Source of the DNA: Raja brachyura
Lineage: Eukaryota
DNA: 64,000 nt
Direction of reading: 5' to 3'
Assembly: GCA_963514005.1 (NCBI GenBank)
Contig: OY740781.1
Coordinates: forward strand, 134,540,001-134,604,000
Shown: positions 10,883-23,664 of the stretch, in pieces
Numbering within the stretch: position 1 is the first letter of the stretch
Layout: each line of letters opens with the position of its first letter
The notes under the pieces: model-generated
What the model saw: the letters and a program-made list of their open reading frames with translations, nothing else
Database searches by the model: none
What the model was told of the DNA's origin: nothing
Position numbers and translations under genes: made by a program

Positions 10883-12067
10883 CAGTCTATTTTCAGCCTG
10901 AATAAGTACAATCCAAGCAGAACAGTTTGCACATTGGTTCAGCCAAGGTTTGGGTGGGGAGAGTCAGCTGTCACCAGGAAAGTAATAAGCAATGTAGCAA
11001 CAATTCCTACAGTTCAAAGCTTCTCAAGATATTAAATTTAAACTATGGTGGCAATCCAGGTCTGTCATTCCCTGCAAGAATATCGAGAATTTAAAATACT
11101 TTACGACCAACCTTGGCGTCTGTGCTGCTAAGGGTTGCTGTGGAAACCACTTGTGTTGGACTGAGAAGGCAGCTCATGGCAAATTGAACACTAGCATCTA
11201 ACAACGTAAAAATGGTGCCTGTCAACATTAAGGAGTGTCGTCATCATTTATATACACACGCAAAGCCTCTCAACCACCCCCTTCCCCTCGCCCCATCACT
11301 TATAATGTTATCATTAGAAAATCAATGTGTGATTTACAAACGCCATTGTACATTCCGAGCCTTATATAGATGTAATTGTACTTCCCACAAAACAGTAAAA
11401 TAAATTGCTGTTTGAAATCAAATGGACAAGTCCAAAAGGGTTTAACCGCTGGGGTAAATCGTCAATTTACTTACTACCTTTCAACAAATCTGGTTTTGTT
11501 AATGTAATGCATTTTATATATTAACTTGAAAAAGATATGTGAAAATGTCTTTAGCCATCCTGCTAACCGCATGTTTATGTCAAGAATAAAATCATGAAAT
11601 AGAACTGAAATAGACAGAATAGAATAAAAAATAGAACAGAGAGCTGTTGTACAGCACAAGAGCAGACTCGGCGGCCCACAATTTCTGTGCCGAACATGAT
11701 GCCAAGACCAACTCTTGTCTGCCTACATATAAACACATGTTCTTCCATTCCCTGCTCCTATTCACCATTTGGTTGCTTGATGTGATTAGTTCCCTTTTAA
11801 AATTTGTGTGTTTTCAAAAGGTTGTTAGAAATAATTGCATCACATTGTTTTCAACTTAATAGTTAAGTTTACTTCCAGAAAAGATTGTCTTTTTTTATGC
11901 ATGCATGCATTGCAAAATATTTCTGCATTCATTGTCAATGAAGGTATATTAATATGTCTATGCCCATTAACACTTTTGCAGAAATATTCACAGTGAAATG
12001 ATTCTGCTTGTGTTCACTGTTATTTTTGAATTTAAGAAGTAATCATTATATTTAATCTCTTTTTCAG

Positions 12068-12098
12068 CCAGAGATTCAAGAGTGTTTTGTCATATAAG
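12068..12098 (+). CDS. GSTCD: GSTCD 31-nt coding micro-exon, (S)QRFKSVLSYK
   Basis: TTTTCAG acceptor and AAG|GTAGGT donor. Phase fits both neighbouring exons. Matches recalled human SEQFKKTLSYK. Confidence 0.93.
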
Positions 12099-13714
12099 GT
12101 AGGTGGCATTTTCCTCCACGATTTGCATAATACTGTTAATAAACTTTACACTTGCAAAAACATTACACTTCAGGCTCCCAGTCAAGAAAGGTCTCGACAT
12201 GAAACGTCGCCTATTCCTTTTCTCCAGAGACACTGCCTTACCCGTTGAATTATTCCATCATTTTATGTCTATTACACTTGCAAACACTTGAGTTCCTGCC
12301 AGTCAATGATGTAACAGTGTACAAAGCTGTAAACAAAATTGATTCTCCAGACTAATATGCCGCAAACATTCAGTGCTGTGAGATTCTTTGGAAGTCAGAC
12401 AGTTTTAATCGCAGTACTTTCTGCCTAAATTTATCCAGAATGCTGTATTTTGTACTGCATACCAGCAACACTAATATGTTAAAATAGATTTCCCAATTAT
12501 TTTAGGATTTTAAATAGTTTAATATGTTTTAATTACTAATTTATTAAATTAGTTGATTGGTCACAAAATCAAAACAGAAGAGGGAGTTTATTGATGTAAA
12601 TAAATGTTGATAAATGTAGCTTAATATGTGACTGGCATCTTTCTCTCTACAAAAAAAGCACTATCCTTAATAATCATATTTTGAGTCCCTGTCACTGTCA
12701 GAGTTCACTTTTACAGACCCTATGTATCGTCCACAAACATAGATTGTAGATTGTAAATAACTGATATCCGAAAACTAACTTTTGTGGCATTTAAGTTTCA
12801 TTCACTTCAAAATTGCATGATATGTATAATAGCTTAGAATATATTTAATTGTGAAAGGTGTTACATAAATAAAACCCCACCATATCTGATGACTTGAGGA
12901 AAAGGGCCCATAGACCAGGCATGCACAAGATTGAAAAGAGAATATAAAATACTTCAGTAAGCCCTGGTTAGAGCAGTGATATTTAACAGTTTATGAGGAG
13001 GAAGAGAAACCACATAGAGCCAGCATTAATTATTTTGTTCTTGCTACCATTTTTTACATAATACCAGTTATCGGATATTGCTGTAAAATATCTCCTTTTG
13101 TACAGACTTCTGAAGAAAGATATTGTTAGAAACAAGCAACTGCAGAGTAAGTGCTGGAGTAACTGAGCGGGCTAGGCAGCATCCCTGAAGAACATGGTTA
13201 GCTGATGTTTTGGGTTGGGATGCTATTTCTGTTTGTGGTCATAAGTATACTTTATTCATGAGGTGAATTGAAACAAATGGGTATGAGTCACATGGGATCT
13301 TTCATTCTTATAAATTGGAGAAAAAGAACAAAAACTATCACTACTAGGATAATTCTATTTATTTTATTGATCAGATAGGCAAGAAATGTTGAACTATACC
13401 AGCAAGGCAGAATTATCTAGAGTTGGTCAAAGTTGTTATCCATGCACATTATGAATTGTATGCATTACTGTTGATATATAATTGTTATTAATAGGTGTAG
13501 ATTTGGGTGAAGACCATTTGGGTGAAGCTATGGTGTCCCAGGTGATTGATGTTGGGGTCTTTCTTTTAAAATCATCATAAATGGCGTTGGGAAAATGATT
13601 TGTAGGTTACCATTAATCTAAGAACCTCTGCAACGCTAATGCTGTGTAAATTCTATGCTAACAAATGATAGCTAACCTAGAGAAAATGCAATGTTATTTA
13701 TGTTCTTGGCTAGA

Positions 13715-14305
13715 ACCAGCATCAATGCCTCAGAATAAAAGGACGTACTTTTAGAATCGAGATGAGGAGGAATTTATTTAGCCAGAGGGTGAAGAATCTG
13801 TGACATTAATTGCCACAGGCAGCGGTGGAGACCAAGTCATTGGGTATTTTTAACACAAAGATGGATAGGTTCTTGATTAGTTTATTATTGTCATGTGTAT
13901 GGAGGTACAGCAAAAAGCTTTTGCGTGCTATCCAGTTAAAGAAAAGACTATACATGAATACAATCAAGCCGTCCAGAGTGCACAGATAAAGGATAAAGAG
14001 TACAGCATTTGGTGCAAGATATAACACTGAGGTCTGATAACGTCCGATTAATGATAACATCCGATTCAAAGGTCGCCAATGAGGTAGATGGGAGGTCAGG
14101 ACCACACTGTAGCTAATGAGAGGACCATTCAGTTGCCTGATAACAGCTGTGAAGAAACTGTTCCTTAATCTGGATGTTAAAGGTTACGAGGATAAGGCAG
14201 GAGAATGGGGTTAAGGGGGGAAAATAGATCAGTCATGATCAAATGACAGAGCCAACTCGATGGGCCAAATGGCCTAACCCTGCTCCTATATCTTTTGGTA
14301 TTATG
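13715..14305 (+). mobile_element. CR1 3' fragment interrupted by an antisense L2 3' fragment (about 13880-14175)
   Basis: CR1 3' UTR stops at TTCTTGATTAG and resumes at AAGGTTACGAG. The insert begins TTTATTATTGTCATGTGT, an L2-type tail in reverse. Confidence 0.75.
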
Positions 14306-15090
14306 ATCAAGTATACATGTACTTTACATAGAACAGAAATTGATTCAATAAAAAAACTATTGTCATTTATTCCATTAATGCTTTTTGAAACCTAGTGAAA
14401 CCACTGAGAAGCTACACCTAATGCAAATAGGGTATTAATTTTTAACAGAACTAGTTCATCTGAAACAAATGTAAACTCTTTCCCTTTTTAACATGATGTT
14501 TGCAGAAAATGAATGTTCATGCCTTCAATTACTATTTTTACTTCTAACATACACAGAAAGTAGTAATTTAGATAAGCTAAAGAATTCACACAAATTAACC
14601 AGCCGGATCAATATAATTGTGTCTGCAATACTATTTTATTTGGATGTGTAGACAGATGGATTTAGAAGTAGCCTCATTAGACAGGTGAAAGCTCTGAATG
14701 TATGCTAATGCAATTATTGGTAATTTCAGTAGCTGAATGTAGCTGGGTTCAAGGTATTGTATGCTTTCATTAAAAATTAGCTAGAATAAAGTTTGTCGGT
14801 GCAATCTTGAATAACTATTGTTTTGAAATCACATTGGAAGTTAGATGGAATTTTAGCCACAGGGCACGTGAATTCATAAATATTCTATTTTACGTCATCC
14901 AGTGTTAATACTTTGCTGAAGGGCTGACTAATTCCTCATTGCATCTATTAATTTGCAAGATAATAAATCTTGTTGTTTTCTTTAATTTTGCTCTTTACCT
15001 TTTATGTCTGTAAGTATGCTCGTGGATAATTTAAGTGAGATTCGTTCATCATTGTGAAATCTCTGGCTTTGTGCTTCGTTTTTGTTGCAG

Positions 15091-15160
15091 GAACACATGG
15101 TACTGTGCAGGTTTGCGGATCAGACGGCTGTACAACTCCCTGCAGAGCGTCGGTTAATAG
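15091..15160 (+). CDS. GSTCD: GSTCD coding exon, EHMVLCRFADQTAVQLPAERRLI(G)
   Basis: TTTTTGTTGCAG acceptor and G|GTACGA donor; 70 nt, phase 0 to 1. Near-identical to recalled human EHMILCRFADQTAVQLPPQRRLIG. Confidence 0.96.
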
Positions 15161-15661
15161 GTACGAGGACAGATATACAACTGCTTCCACCTTATAGAAT
15201 GGTGGAAGCAACTGACTGAATGTGTTTCATACAGCCCAGACTGAGTGCTTCTTTATTCAAAGAATGTAATTGTGATGTGGACATCAAACTCAATTTAAAA
15301 ATGTATTTCTTGGAAATGTGAATAGGAGTGCAATGATAGCACATCTGCCTGCAGCAGCTGTTTGAATATGCTCTCCAAATAATCCCACTCACCCTGCACC
15401 TTCCCCATAGACCTGAACTTTTTTTTTTTGCAGTTGTACCCAATTAAAAGGTACAATTGAAGCTATATCCATCATTCTATCAACCAGTTCCTTCCTATGT
15501 TTCAAAATTGTTTTTAATTTCTGGGTTCTCGTCAATCCTCCTGCCAGTGGAATTCTTCTTAACTATTTCATCTTTCAAAGCCATTTGTAATTTCAGACAG
15601 ATTTAAAAAACATTTTCCTTCAATACTTGACACTTTAGGAACAAATCATCTCCAATTATGC

Positions 15662-16949
15662 TTGATTACCATTGCATTAATGGATTTTATTCCTTGGCGC
15701 ATAGGAGAGGGGTAATCTTATAAAGGTGTATAAAATCATGAAGGGCATACATAGGATGAATGAATAGTGTTTTTACCCCAGAGCAAAGGAAACTAGGGGA
15801 CATAGGCTTAAGGTGAGAGCGGAAAGATTTAATAGGAACCTAACAGGCAAATCTCTCAAAGGATGGTAGGTATATGGAACAATCTGGTAGAGGAAGTGCT
15901 TGAGGTAGGTTCAGTAACAATATTTAAAGGACATTTAAGCAGGAACATGGATAGGAATGTTTAGAGCGATATGGGGAAAACGTAGGCAAATGGGACTAGC
16001 TTAGATGGAGCATCTTGATCCGCATGGACAAGTTGGGCCAAAGGGCTTGTTTCCATACTGATTCTATGGCTCTAATGCCTCTTTTAATTTTCAGGTTGAG
16101 ATTAGTTCTGGTAGCCAAAGCTGACTGAGGTCATTGGGATTCTCACAAGTACATGTAAATAAGGGCTCAGTAACATAATTTAGAAACTGGCCCCTTTTTT
16201 CCACCCACACCACCAATTCCTTAAATATGTGCTCTACAAGTAGGGAAGAGGCCACTTGCAGCCGTATTCAAAGGGTACGAGATCCTCTTGCATAGAGCCC
16301 AATAGCATGGAAATAGGACCTTCGGCCCATCTTGTCCAAGACAAGTGAGATGCCCCATCTGTCTGGAAATTCTGAAGACATTCGCTGAAGACATATTGAT
16401 TGTGAGGATTTTCCCATTCAAACATTTGAAAATGCCTGTGGTTTCTGCACTTATGTTACCTGCTGCTTCTCCACGCTGTCTGCTAACATCTACGTCAACT
16501 GAAATTACTAATCTCCACTCCAACTTTTAAACATCTGTTCCAGGCCTTTAAGAAGCAGCAGTACTTGCAAATTTCCAACCTGTGAAATGCTGGCAAGGAA
16601 CATATTAGTATTGGTTTATTGACTACCATAGCATTAATGGACTTTATTCCTTGGCGCATAGGCAACTGAGGGGTAATCTTATAAATGTGTATAAAATCAT
16701 GAGGGGCATACATAGGATGAATGAATAGGGTCTTTACCCCACGATAAAGGAAACAAGGTGACATAAGTTTAAGGTGAGAGGGAAACGATTTAATAGGAAC
16801 CCAACAGCCAACGTTTTCAAACAAAGGGTGGTGGGTATATGGAGCATTCTGGTAGAGAAAGTGCTTGAGGTGCTTAGGTTCAGGTACAATATTTAAAAGA
16901 CATTTAAGCTGGGACATGGATGGGAAAAGTTTAGAGCGATATGGGGAAA
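15662..16949 (+). repeat. Locally duplicated CR1 fragment pair (15662-15979 and 16619-16949)
   Basis: Both copies share the same non-CR1 5' flank TTGAYTACCATWGCATTAATGGA and the same unusual internal variants. Confidence 0.75.
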
Positions 16950-17065
16950 CTAGTTCCCTGAACTAGTCTGAACAAGAGTCTCGACCTGAAACGTCACCCA
17001 TTCCTTCTCTCTAGAGATGCTGCCTGTCCGCTGAGTTACTCCAGCTTTTTTGTGTCTATCTTCGG

Positions 17066-17450
17066 TATTGGTTTATAGTTGCCTTGTGAAAAATGTTGTT
17101 TTGCGTGCTAATCAGGCAAATCATACCACACATTAATTCATCAGATAGTAATCAGTAAAAGGGAAAATAAATAGTGCTGAGTACTATAGTGTATAGCTGT
17201 GAAAAAAATGTAAATAGAAAAAAGTGTTTGGGCCTCAACGAGGTACATTAGAAGACCGGGACTATACCCTAGTATATGGTAAGTCCGTTCAAGAGTCTGA
17301 TAGCGGCAGAGAAGAAGCTGTACTTGAATCTGGTGGTATATGCTTTCAAGCTTTTGTATCATCTGGAAATGACTGGGGTTTGAATGGTCCTTGATTATGT
17401 TAGCTGCCACCCCAAAGCAATATAGATGGAGTCAACCAGGGTGGTTGACT
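17066..17450 (-). mobile_element. L2 LINE 3' fragment, preceded by a PLE terminus at 16968-17065 (+)
   Basis: GTGAAAAATGTTGTTTTGCGTGCTA tail in reverse; ORF 17141..17410 resembles the L2 C-terminus. Confidence 0.65.
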
Positions 17451-18035
17451 GGACTGCACTGGCACTACAAGCAAACATTAGTGATGACATGATCTTGCTT
17501 TGCTTGTCTGTTGGATCAGTACAGTCTTTGTCCGGCTCGAGTCACAGAACGGCCACATCGCCTTTGTATCTTCAGCATGTTTATTTAATGATGGCACAAT
17601 TACAGCCTTTATGCCCCTCAGTGCAGTGATAGTAATGGTATTCTCATGGTTGTTGTAAGCCTCCTAAAGCTATGGGATAGTACAGCACGGAATAAAGCTA
17701 CTTGTCCCATCAAGTCTCCACTGGCTAACCATATAACTAGCTTCATGGTTCCAGGTGAAGCACAGTTCAAATGAAGGAGTTTGAATCCAATGTCAAAGTA
17801 TTGTTGACGTTGAGGACTCGTTCAGTAGTTTTATGATTGGAGATTATTGATGGTTATTTATTTTCAGTGATCATTTCAGCTGGAAGCTGAGAGGTCCCTT
17901 CTTTTCTATTCCAGCTGTATCAGGCGCCCTCTAGTTCACCCTAAAACTGTCCTTTAAACTCAATTAAAAAGGAGCGTCCATGTGATATTTGCAATCCCTT
18001 AAACTTCTTTGAACCTATGTAAGTGATGGTAGAAT

Positions 18036-18620
18036 CTAGTTTAGTTTAGAAACATAGAAAATAGGTGCAGGAGTAGGCCATTCGGCCCTTTGAGCCAGTC
18101 AATATGATCATGGTTGATCATCCAAAATCAGTGGATTTTGACTAGTTTAGTTTAGAGATACAGCATGGAAACAGGGCATTCAGCCCACCGAGTCCACACC
18201 AACCAGCGATCCCTGCACATTAACACTATCCTACACACACTAGGGATAATTTTTTTACATTTACACCAAGCCAATTAACCTACAAACCTGTACATCTTTG
18301 GAGTGTGTGAGAAAACCGAAGATTTCGGAAAAAACCCGCGCGGTCACAGGGAGAACGTACAAACCCCGTACCGACAGCACCCGTAGTCAGGATGCAACCT
18401 GGTTCTCTGGCACTGTAAGGCAGAAACTCTACCAAGTCAAGTCAAAGTCAAGTCAAACAACCTTTATTGCCATTTAGAAATACATTGATATATGCATTTC
18501 CAAACGAAATTACGTTGCATTTGGCTCCCTGTGCAACACGATAAATAAATTAACAGAAGGGTAGGCATGGATAAAAAGGATAAAAGGTTAAATAGACAAT
18601 GGTGGCACTGCGCCACCGTG
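18036..18620 (-). mobile_element. V-SINE with a CR1 tail inserted in its tail and a (CAAGT)n-tailed fragment inserted in its head
   Basis: CTAGTTTAGTTTAGA duplicated at 18036 and 18142; SINE head split between 18433 and CACTGCGCCACCGTGCC near 18606. Confidence 0.7.
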
Positions 18621-21138
18621 CCTATGTCGACATATTCTACGTCAACATATTTTATCAAGGATCTTCATAGAGAGGACCTACAAAGAAAGGAGACATTTAT
18701 AATTTTATAAAGACACAAAGTGTAGGAGTAACTCAGCGGGACAGATAACATCTCTGGAGGACATTTTCAAGTCGGGACCCTTCTTAACACTTATTATGGT
18801 GGTGGGGAGGGGGGGGGGGCAGGGCGGAGAAAGCTGGAAGAAAGGAGGGGGCAGGACAGAGCCTGGCAGGCAATGGTTGGGTACAAGTGAGTGGGATTTT
18901 GATAGGCAGATGGTCGGACAAAGACCAAAGATGAAAAGACAAAAAGTGTGAGATAAGGATAGAAGAGTTGCAAATTCGTATCATCATTTAAGACTCAACC
19001 CAAGCCAGAGGGACGGACTGACTTTGATTCATTTTTTCATGCTGTTGCTGATTCATGTTTTAATATTTATGTTTTTTGACAACACAATTTAAGATCCTAA
19101 ACCAATGTAGGTTCATTGTGAAGGGTCTCGATCCGAAACATTGTCCATCCACGTTCTCTGGCAATACTGCCTGACCGGCTGAGTTACTCCAGCACTTTAT
19201 GTCCTTTTAGGTTCATTGTGAGTTTTCAATTTCAGTCGTAGCTGCAACTACTCAGGGAAAAGAGGGGGATTAACAGTATCCTGGTCTGTGTCTAAGACTA
19301 AATTGCCTGGTTGCCCTATGAGGTATATAATGAATTTATAATCTGGAGTACCTGGGGAGGGTTACATTTCATAATTTTAAGACAATAATTCCATTTAATG
19401 CAGAAAACTCACCATAATTGAGCAAACGTACTTCCTGATGCATATGCGTTGGTTCATACTCGGGTCGGAGTGAGTACTAAAGTGCAGTGAGAGCATGATA
19501 ATATTAGTTGGTGTGATCATCAAGCCACATGGGAAAACTAATTCCATAAACACAGTGAATGGTCATAAATTTCAAGAACAGTTAGTTCATTACCAGCAGG
19601 GTTTCCACAATGTCAAGTAATAAATAGCAGAATCAATGTACTGTCCTGGGCTATAAACACTATTAATACTAATACATAAACACTATTAATTTACCAGAGT
19701 TTTTGTGGTCAGGATCTAGCATTTTTTCAAACATGAGTTAGCAAAGCTTCACATGTATTTCATTTGGAAACATGTTTATCAAATCATTGAGGTTGTCCAA
19801 TACCCTGAATGAAGTCCTAACAAATTCTATTTGTGGCTCACTGTGTAGCATTATACAAAGAAAATTTCACAGGCAATTACCATTTCCTCATATAGATAAA
19901 AATCTCTGTTATAATTAAAATGTTCCATGCAATAGCAGACCCAAAGACTGGACTTCTATTTACATCAAAAATAACTTTAAATAATTCTTTCTTGGTGTTT
20001 TGGGGTCAACATTTGATGAACAGCATTTTTGAGCATAGAACATTGAACGGTACAACACATGAACAGGCCCTTCAGCCCACAATTTCCATGCCGAACATGA
20101 TGCCAGGTGAAACTAATCACTGCCTGCATGTGATCCATATCACGCTATTCTCTACATATCATGTGCCTATCTAAAAGCCTCTTAAACATCACACCCACAA
20201 GACCACCCATGGTAGCGCCTTCCAAGCACCCAGCATTTTCTGTGTAAATATATACCCCGCACATCTCTTTTAAATTTACCCTCTCTCATCTTAAAGCTAT
20301 TTTCTCTACACTGAGATTTCCACTGGGGGAAAAAGGTTCTATGCCTCTGACAATTTTATATACTTCTAATTTTTGCTTAATTAACAATGTAAATAAGTTG
20401 GATGAGACTGTCAACTTAGGTTTAGGTTTATTATTGTCATTTATACCTAGGTATAGTGAAAAGCTTTGTTTTGCGTGCTATCCAAACAGATCAGAAATAC
20501 TGTGCATAAATGGAAATGTCATGCACAAAGACAATAGAGAGAACAAAGGGGAAGATAGAGTGCAACTTTGTAGCACATTGCTGTGCATCAGTTCCAAAGA
20601 CAGTCCAATGTCTCAATGGAGTAGAGGTGAATCGGGCAGTACCCTAGCTTGTGAAAGGTGGATATTGAAAATGTCTGGTGCAACTTAGAGTAACTTGGCG
20701 AAATGTAAAATAAAGGGAATCATAAAGTTAATATTTCCAGAGTTTTCCCAGTCATTACCCCTCAGATAACGCGGCTCGAGAGAGATTAAGTTCATTAGTA
20801 ACTTAATTCGGTCTGGCAGTCCATCTAAATACAATTTGATTGTTCTGTTTGTCTATACTTAATGAAACATTCATTGGCCCATTGGAGTTGTGTGATGTCC
20901 TGAGAATGTGAAAATGTTATTTAAATGGCTGCAGATCCTTTTAAAATGCCCGGTACCTGAAGCCCAGAAGCAGGTGTTAATTGACTAACTGATGCTGCTT
21001 TTTGTAAATTTCTCCCTGCATTACATTGAAACTGTAAATGTGCTGTTTATAGAAATCTGAGAAGAGAAAAAAAATTACTTTCTGTATTAGACTGTCAATC
21101 AGGTTTTCAGTCCACAACTACCCATAGTTAGGCACTAA

Positions 21139-21881
21139 TGGGGTGTTCCACTTAGGTGACTTTTTAGGCGACTATGCAGTCACCACGTGGTCGCCACATG
21201 TTCGCGGGTGGTTGCCGGGGAGTCGTCTTCATTGTCATGAGGAGTTCCCGCATTAAGGGAACAAGTCGCTGCCTCATTATGGTCGCCGCAAATTTTTCAA
21301 ATTGTTGAAAAATTAGCAGCGACTAGAATGTAGCGAGAATTCTCGTGCCGTAGGTGGGTCACCAGGCGGTCCTAGTGGGTTGCCAGGAGGTTGAAGGTTC
21401 TCGTAGGTTCACATAGGTTGTAGCTGGTGCTGACAGGTGAATTTCATTGGCTCATTGGGAAAAAAAAGGTAAGCAGTAGTTTTCAGAACCAAGGATAACC
21501 GACCGGTAATGTTAATGTCCGCCGAGCTTCACAGCCGTGTATCTCTGGCTTCTTAAAAGTTGTCTCCACTCCTTCTCCCCCCTTCTCCTACCTCTCCCCC
21601 CCCCTCTTTTAAAGGACTTACCGTACACTGTGCTTTAGCCGTCTTAATTACAGCGGCAACCTTCCTGTTCATCGTGGTGTGTGTCTGTATCACCTTGGCT
21701 TTGCACAGTGTGAATTTTTTAGACAAAGTTCCCCCCGCTTTCCCTGTCCCCCACCTGCATAACGGGCTGGTGAAGGAAGCGATGTGTTTGTGTTCCACTT
21801 TGACAGTCACCGTTTCATTTGCCGGTTTTTCAGGCGACTGCCGGCAGTCCGCTGAAAAATCGCCTAAGTGGGACTGGCCCA
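21139..21881. mobile_element. Harbinger/PIF-like non-autonomous DNA transposon
   Basis: Imperfect TIRs TGGGGTGTTCCACTTAGG / CCTAAGTGGGACTGGCCCA flanked by TAA on both sides. Same terminal motif as the MITE at 9690; CpG-rich interior. Confidence 0.78.
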
Positions 21882-22433
21882 TAAGACACCTGATGATTAA
21901 TCCAGAGGCATGTGTTTGAACCCCAGCATATCGGATGGAGTATTTTTATTCAAGGATTTAAATGAATGTGGAATAATAATCTTGGATCAAAAACAACATT
22001 TCATGAAATGGCTAGGTTGTAATCAAATACCATCTGGTTCACACATCGGAAGGAAGTCAACCATCCATACCATAACTAGCTGGGATGTTCTTCCAGGCCC
22101 ATCAAGTTGGTTGACTTACCTTGCACGGTTCTCTCAGGAATGGACAATAAACAATGATTTACCAGCAGATAGTCTGGTTTAAATGTACAGCAGCAAAACA
22201 GCTGGGATTTCTTGACAACATAGTTCAATGCTCACTGATTATTGGAAGAGTCCTTGGGTGAATAATGAGCACAAATTTAGATCCATGGAATTTAAAGCAA
22301 TAACATTTGTGGGCCTGGCGGAGGAATGGGAAACAGAGTTAATATTTTGGGTCAGAGTGGCTTCATCACTAACCCTTCTTCGATTTGAACCATCACCTGT
22401 GTTTTCCCTCCCATAGGTAGGTTAATTGACCAT

Positions 22434-22512
22434 TTCTATTTGCCCCAAGTGCGCAAGTGAGTGGTAGACACTCACTGTCTACCACTCACTTGCGCACTTG
22501 GGGCAAATAGAA
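22434..22512. repeat. Perfect 37-bp inverted repeat with a 5-nt spacer
   Basis: TTCTATTTGCCCCAAGTGCGCAAGTGAGTGGTAGACA-CTCAC-exact reverse complement. Confidence 0.97.
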
Positions 22513-22619
22513 GGAGTGGAGACAACGGGTGGGTGGGTGGTTGATTGGTGGGAAAGTGGGGAGAATAAAAAGATTTTTTTTGCAGGATTTGTTTGAATTG
22601 GTGCTTGATGTTTGTTATG

Positions 22620-23645
22620 ACTTCCTGAGCTCAACAGATATTGTATGACCTGCAGAGTTTGTTCAAATTCACTTGGACTTTCTCTGAACTCCACTCCCTT
22701 TGCTCGATCTCTCTGATCCATCTCCTGTCTCTGTCAACTGACATTTACCACAAGCCCACTGACTCCCACGACTATCTTCACTATACCTCCCAACCTACCT
22801 GTTGCAAAGACGCCATCGCTTATTCTCAGTTTCTCCATCTCCGCCATATCTGCTCCAACGATGAAGCTCTTCATTCTCGGATATCTGTTGTTGTCGATGG
22901 ACCCCTCACGATGTTTCTTTTGTGTCCCACAGTTCTTTTCTTGTTTTTACTCCCCCTAAATGGAACAAGGATAGAGTTCAAGGATAGGTCCTCACCTTTC
23001 TCCCCAGCAGCCTCCACATCCAACACTTTGTTCTCCGACATTTCCGCCACCTTCAAAGTCATCCCACCACCAGTCACATCTTCCCATTCACAAACTGACC
23101 TTTCTGCCCTTGGCCTCAAGAGTCAGAGTGAGGCCACATTCAAACAGCACCTCATATTCTGTTTAGGTAGCTTATAACCCAATGGTACGAATATTGAATC
23201 CTCCAATTTCAAGTAAAGCCCCTTGACCTCCTCTCCCCTTCCCTTTCCCCTCTATCCTTCCCCCTTGTGTGCACCCATTTCTCCAACCGACCATTTCATC
23301 CTCTGTCTGCCCATCTCCTAATCCTCCGTACTCCGAGTCCCCCATTTCCCCTTTATCTCCCCTTTATCTCCCCTCTTTCCTCTCCACACATATCCTTCCC
23401 TCCGGCTGTACATTTCACTCCTCATCTTTCTTGATCTGACATTCTTTTATCTCCATTTCACCTCTAGAATTTGTCACTATCTCCATCCATCTTTTAATAC
23501 AGCTCCCTTCACCAGTATTCACCTATCGCTCTGCCCCACCCCTTCCTCTCTTTTCCAGCTTTCTACCCCCCTCCCCCTCCACCCCCTCCACCCCCTCCAC
23601 CTCTATTTTGTCTCCACAGATGCTGCTTGACGCACTTTGTTCTTT
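22620..23645 (+). mobile_element. Decayed Penelope-like element fragment
   Basis: ORF 22641..23177 contains FKFTW, TDIYHKPTDSHDYLHYTS and YSQFLHLRHICS (PLE RT thumb), followed by a pyrimidine-rich terminal repeat. Confidence 0.85.
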
Positions 23646-23664
23646 GCAACTGGGTGTTAAATTG

